DNA from: Eledone cirrhosa
Lineage: Eukaryota
Direction: 5' to 3'
NCBI GenBank assembly: GCA_964016885.1
Contig: OZ024740.1
Location: 354,268,001-354,332,000, forward strand
DNA length: 64,000 bases
Shown: positions 13,589 through 28,298 of the stretch, in pieces
Numbering within the stretch: the first letter of the stretch is position 1
How the letters are laid out: the number at the start of each line of letters is the position of its first letter
The notes under the pieces: model-generated
Told to the model about the DNA's origin: nothing
The model's database searches: none
The model's input: only the letters and a program-made list of their open reading frames with translations
Program-made: the position numbers and the translations under genes

Positions 13589-14261
13589 AAATCTGCAATC
13601 CAGGTTCATTTCATATTTATAGTTATTGCACTTACTAAACTAAATCCTTGAAAAAGCATTAAAACTCTTATAACATCTATTTCTCCAACTCTTGATGTCA
13701 ATAGGCTGCTTCCACATTGATGAATACCTTTAATGAAAGCAACAGGCTTATTTATCACACTAGTGCATATGACAAGGAAAATAAACTGCAAAATATGGTT
13801 TTTTTTGAACAACTGAATTATACTTCATGTTGCCATTATTTCTTTTCTGTTAGAGATTAATGAATAAAAAGGATTTCATATTATGGGACTTGTTTGAGAG
13901 ATACTTTTTTTTGAGAGTTAATTTGAAATGAGAGAGCCTGTTATTTAACATATTGATGATTAAAAAGAAATAAATTATTGATGTTGTAAACATTATAATA
14001 TGATCACTTTGCATTTTGTCAGATTGTTTTAATATAATAATACAACATTGTTTCATAATGTTAATAATCTCCGTCTGTTTCTCTTGACAATCTTCCATCT
14101 TGAAATGTAATTCAAATAATTAATGTGATTAATAATTTACTTAAAGATTTCAGTTTCAAAAAGAAAAAACAAGAAATACTTCTCTTCAGTTTCGGCTTTT
14201 AAGAAATATATTTTAAATACTTTTAACTGAATTCAATGTTTAAATTTGATGTAGTGATAGT

Positions 14262-14834
14262 AGCTAATTTACCGTAATGAGACTATTTTGAGTTTCTAAC
14301 TCAATACATGCTTTTGATATATTCGGCTCTGATAATTCGTAGAGCTATTTCAAATGTCGTGTAGACCCGGCTGCTATTTTTAGTGGCGTAAGTATGCGCG
14401 ACACGCTAAGTTCGGGAACCATGTGCGTTATATATACACACATTTTCCAGTTTTCTATTTGATTTAGATGTGAGGAGGATGCTAATTTCTTCACCCACTG
14501 ATGAGACTGGAATTTGGTATATCTCTTCACAAATAATATTGGGAAACGGTTCTATCAAAGACCGTCTGGGTGATGGTAGTTACCACAATAGTGGTTTGTA
14601 TTTATTTTCATAATTTATTCTTAATTGAGTCTAGAAAACCCTATTGTCTGTAGTTAGTATTTTTTTCACCTTAGCGATTTGGGTTCATTACGATTTGAAC
14701 ACATATATATATGTCTGTGTTCGTTTTTCCTTTTTGTTCAGTTATATACAGCTCGGAAAAATCTTTTTCCTAGAGCTAATTTACTGTAATGAGACAGTTT
14801 TGAGTTTCTAACTCAATACATGCTTTCGATATAT
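14262..14834 (+). repeat. 512-bp unit bounded by 61-bp direct repeats (14262-14322, 14774-14834); putative retrozyme or Penelope pseudo-LTR monomer
   Basis: agctaattta c[c/t]gtaatgagac[ta/ag]ttttgagtttctaactcaatacatgcttt[t/c]gatatat, 57/61 identical; interior is CpG-rich relative to the flanks and contains a hammerhead motif. Confidence 0.65.
14491..14573 (+). ncRNA. Type I hammerhead ribozyme motif (base of stem II degenerate)
   Basis: Stem I tcaccca/tgggtga (7 bp perfect); core CUGAUGA 14498-14504; GAAA 14543-14546; stem III cggt/accg; cleavage triplet GUC ending 14566. Confidence 0.65.
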
Positions 14835-15034
14835 ATGCATGTATACATACATGTATGTATATGTATATATATAGTTAGGGAAGCAGAAATTGCTTTTTGT
14901 GATCCAGTTCATGGTTAAGAAAGCCAGTTTCATGGTATTTGCAGTATAGCAATATAAGGTTGCACTTACAAATGAAACGGTCGTAAATACCTGGATAAAA
15001 TCCTTCTCTTAATGCTTACCTGTGTTTTCTCTTT

Positions 15035-18438
<3,404 letters not shown>

Positions 18439-18638
18439 NNNNNNNNNNNNNNNNNNNNNNNNNNNNNNNNNNNNNNNNNNNNNNNNNNNNNNNNNNNNNN
18501 NNNNNNNNNNNNNNNNNNNNNNNNNNNNNNNNNNNNNNNNNNNNNNNNNNNNNNNNNNNNNNNNNNNNNNNNNNNNNNNNNNNNNNNNNNNNNNNNNNNN
18601 NNNNNNNNNNNNNNNNNNNNNNNNNNNNNNNNNNNNNN
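18439..18638. other. Assembly gap (200 N)
   Basis: Run of N. Confidence 1.
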
Positions 18639-21212
18639 GGGGTAGTCCCACTTGAGGCAAGAGTGATTGTCTTGCTCGCATAGGACTGTCTGGCAGGTTT
18701 TCTACAGTTGGATGCCCTTCCTAACACCAACCACATTTACAGTGTGGGTCTGGGAGGTTTTTACCGTGTTGCCTACACGGCCACATTACAGCGTGGACTG
18801 TGTGTTTTTTTGTCGTGACACCTACACGATCTCATTTGTTTCGGCCTGGATGGCGCGGCACCAACATAACTTTACATAGAACGGGGTGGTGTGGATGGGG
18901 TGGGGGTGGTGGGACGGGGTGTATTTTGTTAGAGATGCCTACTGGCTGGAGTAGGTTTTACTATATATTTAGGTAAGGCGGGTCTTCTCTGTTACTGAGT
19001 ACCGCCAAAGGTCTCGGTCCAGTGACATTGTCTTGGAGAGGTGTAAGTGTGTGATGTCGGAGTTTATCAGCTCGTCCCAGGTTTTTCTAGGTCTGCCTAT
19101 TCCGTGACTACCGTCTATCTTTATTGCCCTGCACTTTGTTATACAGCTATCGACTTTCATGCGCATCACGTGTCCATACCAACGTAGCCTTCTCTCGAGT
19201 AAACAACATCTGATCCCTCTTATCTCTAATTTTTTCCTTAGTTCGTTTATGCTTTGCCGTTCACGTATATTACTGTTACACATCCAGCGGAGCATGCAAG
19301 CTTCGTTCCTCTCTAGTCTGCGTATATCCTCTGCACACAATGCCCAGGTCTCACTGCCATGCAACATTGCTGTTCGTATGCAGGCATCGTACAACCTGCC
19401 TTTAATTTTTAGGGAGAACCCTTTAGCAGCTAATAGTGGTATAAGCTCTCTGAACTTTTTCCAACCAGTTCTGACTCTAGCTACAGTACTTTCAGAGCAC
19501 CCTCCCCCACTGCTGATTTTATCGCCCAGGTAACGGAAGCTGTCCACTATTTCTATAGAACCCTCTGCGCAATTGAAAGAGCTAGTATTTTGTGGGCACT
19601 TGCTGCTACTTATTGCACCAGAGCACCGGCCACATGTAAAATCTATGTTCTTAGTTAGCTTACCTGTGATCCCACTACATCTTTTATGCACCCATACTTT
19701 GCATTTAGGACATAAAATGGAGTTTCTACCTACGCCTTTCCTACACACCGAGCACGACCATTTCCCAGAAGGGACCGCCGCCTTGTTTTCTTTCCTACAA
19801 ACTAGAACTTTGGTCTTAGCCAGGTTAATTTTAAGTCCTTTTGACTCTAGGCCGTGCTTCCATGTTTGGAATTTCTTCTCTAGCTCGGCCATTGATTCCG
19901 CTATGAGTGTCAGGTCGTCTGCGTATAGGAGTTCCCATGGGCAGCCTGTCTTGAACTCCTCTGTTATAGCCTGAAGGGCAATAATAAATAGTAGGGGGCT
20001 GAGAACAGAGCCCTGATGGACGCCAACTTTTACGCTAAACTCTTCACTATATTCGTTGTTAATTCTAACCTTGCTGACTGTTTCTTTATACATGGCTTTT
20101 ATAGCCCTCACAAGCCATTCGTCAACGCCTAGTTTTCTAAGAGCCCACCAGATAATGGAGCGGGGGACTCTGTCGAAGGCTTTCTCCAAGTCGACAAAAG
20201 CTAAGTAGAGGGGTTTACCTTTAGCTAGGTACTTCTCCTGTAGTTGTCGTACTATGAAAAGAGCGTCTGTGGTACTTTTGCCTGACACAAACCCGAACTG
20301 CATTTCATCTAGGTCAATTCTCTCTCTGATCAGTTGCGCTATTACTTTTTCCGTGACCTTCATGACCTGGTCGATTAATTTAATGCCTCTATAGTTACTC
20401 CTATCTAGGGCGTCTCCTTTACCCTTATAACAGTTAACGATGATGCTGCTATGCCAGTCCTTCGGAACAACCCCATTCTGTACGACTTGGTTAACTATGC
20501 GGGTGACCATGGTGTGTCCCACCGTGCCAGATGCCTTCAGCATCTCAGCAACTATTTCCGAAGGCCCAGCCGCCTTACCCGTCTTCATATCCTTGATTGC
20601 CTTACTTATTATACTCCCCTCGACTAACACTGCTGGTCCCTCTATTGGGTCGATATGGGGGAGACTGTCTTTCTCCCATTTATTCTCCTCATTTAGTAGC
20701 CTTTCATAGTGACACTTCCAAGCTACCTTCTTATCAGCGTCGGTGATGGCAAGTGTGCCATCATCGTTAAGTACACACTTCTCCCCGACAATATCACGGT
20801 TTTCCTTGACGCATTGCCTAGCAATCCTGAACACCTCACGTTTTTGGTCATCGCGTTGTAGAACATGCTTGAACTTTCTTTCCTCAGCTTCCCTTCTTGC
20901 TAAGTACACTTGTCTCCTAGCTTCCCTCCTGGCCACTTGATAGTCTTCTCTACTTCCCCCATCCCGCCATACTTTCCAAGCCTGCTTTTTGGCCTTAATT
21001 GACCCCTCCACCTTACTGTTCCACCACCATGTTTCTCTCCTCCTGCCTACAGGCCTGCTCCAGCCACAGACTTCGTCTGTCGCCAACAGCAAGTTTGCTT
21101 TCAGAAATTCCCACTGTCCCTCTATATTGTCCGACTCTAAATGTTCTTCCTTACTGTCGAAAGCATCAAGTAATATGTTTTGAAATTTATTTTTGGCTGT
21201 GGGTCCTTTAGC
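18639..21212 (-). mobile_element. RTE-clade LINE copy A1 (5'-truncated, 3' end lost in the gap)
   Basis: Intact RT ORF 18969-21092 plus ~330 bp 3' UTR; near-identical inverted copy of 22219-24787. Confidence 0.93.
18969..21092 (-). CDS. RTE LINE reverse transcriptase ORF (partial, 707 aa) with internal PHD finger
   Basis: NYRGIKL, QFGF..GKSTTDA, FVDLEKAFD, GVHQGSVLSP, LYADD, CSVC..CPKC....HKRC..CGRC, HGSETW, RRLRWYGHV, GRPRKTW. Confidence 0.92.
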   Translation of the reverse strand: MLLATDEVCGWSRPVGRRRETWWWNSKVEGSIKAKKQAWKVWRDGGSREDYQVARREARRQVYLARREAEERKFKHVLQRDDQKREVFRIARQCVKENRDIVGEKCVLNDDGTLAITDADKKVAWKCHYERLLNEENKWEKDSLPHIDPIEGPAVLVEGSIISKAIKDMKTGKAAGPSEIVAEMLKASGTVGHTMVTRIVNQVVQNGVVPKDWHSSIIVNCYKGKGDALDRSNYRGIKLIDQVMKVTEKVIAQLIRERIDLDEMQFGFVSGKSTTDALFIVRQLQEKYLAKGKPLYLAFVDLEKAFDRVPRSIIWWALRKLGVDEWLVRAIKAMYKETVSKVRINNEYSEEFSVKVGVHQGSVLSPLLFIIALQAITEEFKTGCPWELLYADDLTLIAESMAELEKKFQTWKHGLESKGLKINLAKTKVLVCRKENKAAVPSGKWSCSVCRKGVGRNSILCPKCKVWVHKRCSGITGKLTKNIDFTCGRCSGAISSSKCPQNTSSFNCAEGSIEIVDSFRYLGDKISSGGGCSESTVARVRTGWKKFRELIPLLAAKGFSLKIKGRLYDACIRTAMLHGSETWALCAEDIRRLERNEACMLRWMCNSNIRERQSINELRKKLEIRGIRCCLLERRLRWYGHVMRMKVDSCITKCRAIKIDGSHGIGRPRKTWDELINSDITHLHLSKTMSLDRDLWRYSVTEKTRLT

Positions 21213-21380
21213 TATATATTATATTATATATGTATATTATATATATATATATATTATATATATTATATATATATATTATATATATATATATATTATATAT
21301 ATATTATATATATATTATATATATATATATTATATATATATTATATATATATATAATATATATATTATATATATTATATA

Positions 21381-21424
<44 letters not shown>

Positions 21425-21797
21425 TATATATATATAATATATATATTATATATATTATATATATATATTATATATATATATATATTATATATATATTATA
21501 TATATATATAATATATATATTATATATATTATATATATAATAATATATATATTATATATATATTATATATATTATATATATATATTATATATATATATAT
21601 ATTATATATATTATATATATATATTATATATATATATATATTATATATATTATATATATATATATATTATATATATTATATATATATATTATATATATTA
21701 TATATATATAATATATATATAATATATATATATAATATATATATATATTATATATATATATTATATATATTTATATATATATATTATATATATATAT

Positions 21798-21858
<61 letters not shown>
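21213..21858. repeat. (TA)n spacer between the inverted LINE copies
   Basis: TA repeat with tatt variant. Confidence 0.95.
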
Positions 21859-24845
21859 TGGTCACGTTGGACAACATTGTGACGGCTACGACGAAATCCA
21901 TGGAGGCTATGGGTTTGGTACTAGAAATGAGGAAGGCTCCAGAATCCTGGAATTCTGTGATGCAAATAACCTAACTATCTGTAACACTAACTTCAAAAAA
22001 CGTGACAATCACCTGATCACCTATAGATCCGGGGAACACACAAGCCAGGTAGATTATATCCTTACCAGAAGACGTGACAGAGTGTCTGTTGTAAACACTA
22101 AATCCCTCCCCCATGAAGAATGCACCTCCCAACATAGACTGATAATTAGCGACCTCATAGTCAGGACGAGACGTACTCGACAGCAGAAGAGGACTATCCT
22201 CAGGAGAAAAATATGGAAGCTAAAGGACCTCACAGCCAAAAATAAATTTCAAAGCATATTACTTGATGCTTTCGACAGTAAGGAAGAACATTTAGAGTCG
22301 GACAATATAGAGGAGAGTGGAATTTCTGAAAGCAAACCTGCTGTTGGCGACAGACGAAATCTGTGGCTGGAGCAGGCCTGTAGCAGGAGGAGAGTAACAT
22401 GGTGGTGGAACAGTAAGGTGGAGGGGTCAATTAAGGCCAAAAAGCAGGCTTGGAAAGTATGGCGGATGGGGGAGGTAGAGAAGACTATCAAGTGGCCAGG
22501 AGGGAAGCTAGGAGACAAGTGTACTTAGCAAGAAGGGAAGCTGAGGAAAGAAGTTCAAGCATGTTCTACAACGCGATGACCAAAACGTGAGGTGTTCAGG
22601 ATTGCTAGGCAATGCGTCAAGGAAAACCGTGATATTGTCGGGGAGAAGTGTGTACTAAACGACGATGGCACACTTGCCATCACCGACGCTGATAAGAAGG
22701 TAGCTTGGAAGTGTCACTATGAAAGGCTACTAAATGAGGAGAATAAATGGGAGAAAGACAGTCTCCCCCATATCGACCCAATAGAGGGACCAGCAGTGTT
22801 AGTCGAGGGGAGTATAATAAGTAAGGCAATCAAGGATATGAAGACGGGTAAGGCGGCTGGGCCTTCGGAAATAGTTGCTGAGATGCTGAAGGCATCTGGC
22901 ACGGTGGGACACACCATGGTCACCCGCATAGTTAACCAAGTCGTACAGAATGGGGTTGTTCCGAAGGACTGGCATAGCAGCATCATCGTTAACTGTTATA
23001 AGGGTAAAGGAGACGCCCTAGATAGGAGTAACTATAGAGGCATTAAATTAATCGACCAGGTCATGAAGGTCACGGAAAAAGTAATAGCGCAACTAATCAG
23101 AGAGAGAATTGACCTAGATGAAATGCAGTTCGGGTTTGTGTCAGGAAAAAGTACCACAGACGCTCTTTTCATAGTACGACAACTACAGGAGAAGTACCTA
23201 GCTAAAGGTAAACCCCTCTACTTAGCTTTTGTCGACTTGGAGAAAGCCTTCGACAGAGTCCCCCGCTCCATTATCTGGTGGGCTCTTAGAAAACTAGGCG
23301 TTGACGAATGGCTTGTGAGGGCTATACAAGCATGTATAAGAAACAGTCAGCAAGGTTAGAATTAACAACGAATATAGTGAAGAGTTTAGCGTAAAAGTTG
23401 GCGTCCATCAGGGCTCTGTTCTCAGCCCCCTACTATTTATTATTGCCCTTCAGGCTATAACAGAGGAGTTCAAGACAGGCTGCCCATGGGAACTCCTATA
23501 CGCAGACGACCTGACACTCATAGCGGAATCAATGGCCGAGCTAGGGAAGAAATTCCAAACATGGAAGCACGGCCTAGAGTCAAAAGGACTTAAAATTAAC
23601 CTGGCTAAGACCAAAGTTCTAGTTTGTAGGAAAGAAAACAAGGCGGCGGTCCCTTCTGGGAAATGGTCGTGCTCGGTGTGTAGGAAAGGCGTAGGTAGAA
23701 ACTCCATTTTATGTCCTAATGCAAAGTATGGGTGCATAAAAGATGTAGTGGGATCACAGGTAAGCTACTAAGAACATAGATTTTACATGTGGCCGGTGTT
23801 CTGGTGCAATAAGTAGCAGCAAGTGCCCACAAAATACTAGCTCTTTCAATTGCGCAGAGGGTTCTATAGAAATAGTGGACAGCTTCCGTTACCTGGGCGA
23901 TATAATCAGCAGTGGGGGAGGGTGCTCTGAAAGTACTGTAGCTGAGTCAGAACTGGTTGGAAAAAGTTCAGAGAGCTTATACCACTATTAGCTGCTAAAG
24001 GGTTCTCCCTAAAATTAAAGGCAGGTTGTACGATGCCTGCATACGAACAGCAATGCTGCATGGCAGTGAGACCTGGGCATTGTGTGCAGAGGATATACGC
24101 AGACTAGAGAGGAACGAAGCTTGCATGCTCCGCTGGATGTGTAACAGTAATATACGTGAACGGCAAAGCATAAACGAACTAAGGAAAAAATTAGAGATAA
24201 GAGGGATCAGATGTTGTTTACTCGAGAGAAGGCTACGTTGGTATGGACACGTGATGCGCATGAAAGTCGATAACCGTATAACAAAGTGCAGGGCAATAAA
24301 GATAGACGGTAGTCACGGAATAGGCAGACCTAGAAAAACCTGGGACGAGCTGATAAACTCCGACATCACACACTTACACCTCTCCAAGACAATGTCACTG
24401 GACCGAGACCTTTGGCGGTACTCAGTAACAGAGAAGACCTGCCTTACCTAAATATATAGTAAAACCTACTCCAGCCAGTAGGCATCTCTAACAAAATACA
24501 CCCCGTCCCACCACCACCACCCCCACCCCACCCACACCACCCCGTTCTATGTAAAGTTATGTTGGTGCCGCGCCATCCAGGCCGAAACAAATGAGATCGT
24601 GTAGGTGTCACGACAAAAAAACACACAGTCCACGCTGTAATGTGGCCGTGTAGGCAACACGGTAAAAACCTCCCAGACCCACACTGTAAATGTGGTTGGT
24701 GTTAGGAAGGGCATCCAACTGTAGAAGGCTTGCCAGACAGTCCTATGCGAGCAAGACAATCACTCTTGCCTCAAGTGGGACTACCCCGTCCAAACCGATG
24801 CAAGCGTGGAACACGGACGTTAAACGTTGATGATGATGATGATGA

Positions 24846-24848
<3 letters not shown>
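21859..24848 (+). mobile_element. RTE-clade LINE copy A2 (5'-truncated within APE, frameshifted), (GAT)n tail
   Basis: Starts GHVGQHCDGYDEIHGGYGFGTRNEEG..ILEFC; APE QVDYIL..SQHRL; RT fragments nearly identical to A1; ends gcaagcgtggaacacggacgttaaacgtt(gat)n. Confidence 0.93.
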
Positions 24849-24889
<41 letters not shown>

Positions 24890-24987
24890 TAATATATTAT
24901 ATATATATATATATTATATATATATATATTATATATATATATATTATATATATATATATTATATATATATATTATATATATATATAT

Positions 24988-25021
<34 letters not shown>

Positions 25022-25238
25022 ATATATATTATATATATATATATTATATATATATATATATATTATAAAAATATATATATATTATATATATATATTATAT
25101 ATATATATATATATTATATATATATATATATATTATATGTAAATATATTATATATATATATATTATATATAAATATATTATATATATATTATATATACAA
25201 TATTAAATAAATGGAAACTATATTTATAAAACCATATC

Positions 25239-25304
25239 TATTTCATTATATATATTTCAGGGATATCATATTAACAATATGCTATGCCTTCCTCAGACAA
25301 AATA
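25239..25304 (-). ncRNA. Candidate minimal type I hammerhead ribozyme
   Basis: Minus strand: tattttgt CUGAGGA aggcatagcatatt-gtt-aatatgatatccct GAAA tatata UA atgaaata; stem II 12 bp with 2 mismatches, stem I 8 bp with 2 G-U, tiny palindromic stem III. Confidence 0.4.
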
Positions 25305-25406
25305 CAATATAAACAGTTTTATAGATAAATAGATTCGACATACCGTAACAACATCGACTTGTATTTGAAAAGGTTGATTTTATATATATATAATATATAT
25401 ATATAT

Positions 25407-25475
<69 letters not shown>

Positions 25476-25585
25476 ATTATATATATATTATATATATATA
25501 TTATATATATATATATTATATATATATATATTATATATATATATATTATATATATATATTATATATATATATTATATATATATAT

Positions 25586-25640
<55 letters not shown>

Positions 25641-25710
25641 ATATATTATATATATATATATTATATCTTATATATATATATATTTTATATATATATATAT
25701 ATATTATATA

Positions 25711-25753
<43 letters not shown>

Positions 25754-25932
25754 ATATAATATATATCATCATCATCGTTTTACGTCCATTCTTCCACGCT
25801 AGCACGGGTTAGATGGGTTGTCCTTTTGTGGGCAGTGTCTGGTCGGCTGACCATGCCTTGCTCATACAGGACCTGATCTGGCTTGATTTCTACAGCTGGA
25901 TGATATATATATATATATATATCAATATATCA

Positions 25933-26002
<70 letters not shown>

Positions 26003-26057
26003 ATATCAATATATTATATATATATATATATAATATATATATATATATAATATATCA

Positions 26058-26137
<80 letters not shown>

Positions 26138-26370
26138 CATAGATTTTGAGTTTATGTTGGTTGTATACCAACACCTCAGTATGCAGGCTGGAGCACTCGA
26201 CGAAGTGCGCAGGTTGGTTTGGTTACTCCGGAGTAGTGTAAAATAAAGTTAAATAAAATTTATTTAACTTTATTTTATAATATATCATATATATATCATA
26301 TACATATATCATATATATATATCATATATATATATATATATATATATCATATATATATATATATATATAT

Positions 26371-26460
<90 letters not shown>

Positions 26461-26465
26461 CAATA

Positions 26466-26810
26466 TGGAGGCACATGGCTTAGTGGTTAGAGCATTGGCC
26501 TTGCAATCGAAAGGTTGTGAGTTCAATTCTCAGACGTGGTAATGTATTGTTTCCTTGAGCAAGACACTTTATTTCACATCGCTCCAGTTTCCTCAACTGT
26601 AGAATTGAGATGGTAGGGACTGGTGTCCATATCATTCCACTGCAAAGTGGTCGTGGAGGTGCCACGGCAAAAAAGCACCCAGCACTCACTGTAAATGAGG
26701 TTAGTGTTAGGAAGGGCATCCAGCTGTAGAAATCAAGCCAAAATCAGTTCCCGTCCCACCCTTGCAAGCAGGGAAAAAGCGGACATAAAATGAAATGATG
26801 AATTAAATGA
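26466..26810 (+). mobile_element. Full-length tRNA-derived CORE-like SINE with RTE-type 3' tail
   Basis: A box tggcttagtgg, B box gagttcaattc, ttccttgagcaagacacttt core, tail cccgtcccacccttgcaagcagggaaaaagcggac; closely similar to 50001-50347. Confidence 0.85.
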
Positions 26811-27420
26811 TATAATATATCAATATATTATATATATATATATAATATATCAATATATTATATATATATATAATATATCAATATATATATATATAATATA
26901 TCTTATATATATATATATATAGATAATATATTATATATATATAAAATATATCATATATCTTATATATATATATATATATAATATATATATATATAGATAA
27001 TATATTATATATATATATATATAAAATATATCATATATATATAATATATTATATATATATATATATAATATATCATATATATATATAATATATATATATA
27101 TAGATAATATATTATATATATATATATATATAAAATATATCATATATATATATATAATATAACAATATATTATATATATATATATATATATAATATATCA
27201 ATATATTATATATATATATATATATATAATATATCAATATATTATATATATATATAATATATCTTATATATATATATATATATAATATATCTTATATATA
27301 TATATATATAATATATCATATATATATATATATATAATATATCTTATATTAACATATATATATAATATATCTTATATATATATATATAATATATCATATA
27401 TATATATATATAATATATCA

Positions 27421-27830
27421 TATCATCATCATCATCATCATCAGGTTTAGCGTCCGTGTTCCACGCTTGCATGGGTTTGGACGGGGGTTTTCCCACTTGA
27501 GGCAAGAGTGGTTGTCTTGCTCGCATAGGACTGTCTGGCGGGTTTTCTACAGTTGGATGCCCTTCCTAACACCAACCACATTTACAGTGTGGGGCTGGGA
27601 GGTTTTTACCGTGTTGCCTACACGGCCACATTACAGCGTGGACTGTCTGGCGGGTTTTCTACAGCTGGATGCCCTTCCTAACACCAACCACATTTACAGT
27701 GTGGGGCTGGGAGGTTTTTACCGTGTTGCCTACACGGCCACATTTACAGCGTGGACTGTGTGTTTTTTGTCGTGACACCTACACGATCTCATTTGTTTCG
27801 GCCTGGATGTTGTGGGACCAACATAACTCA
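27421..27830 (-). mobile_element. 3'-UTR-only copy of RTE family A with internal 112-bp tandem duplication
   Basis: Matches 24556-24848 in reverse; unit beginning ggactgtctggcggg at 27528 recurs at 27640; (cat)n on + strand at the left end. Confidence 0.8.
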
Positions 27831-28088
27831 TATATATATATATATATAATATATCTTATATATATATATATATATAATATATCTTATATATATATATATA
27901 TATATAATATATCTTATATATATATATATAATATATCATATATATATATATATATATAATATATCATATATATATATATAATATATCATATATATATATA
28001 TATAATATATCATATATATATATATATAATATATCATATATATATATATATATAATATATCATATATATATATATATATATAATATAT

Positions 28089-28122
<34 letters not shown>

Positions 28123-28197
28123 CATATATATATATATATATATAATATATCATATATATATATATATAATATATCATATATATATATATAATATATC

Positions 28198-28254
<57 letters not shown>

Positions 28255-28298
28255 TATATATAATATATATATATATATATAATATATATATATATATA

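Larger units (their letters stand above)
24849..28298. repeat. (TA)n array with tatt, tatc and tcaa variants, interrupted by small inserts
   Basis: Direct reading; inserts at ~25200-25380, 25765-25902, 26141-26280, 26466-26810, 27421-27830. Confidence 0.93.

Noticed and set aside
19159-21183. Several antisense ORFs over the RTE copies
   Set aside because: Shadow frames of the RT ORF
26145-26185. Minus-strand ctgagg-stem-taaac hammerhead-like motif
   Set aside because: Both core boxes are defective and there is no stem I or III; kept only as a structured island
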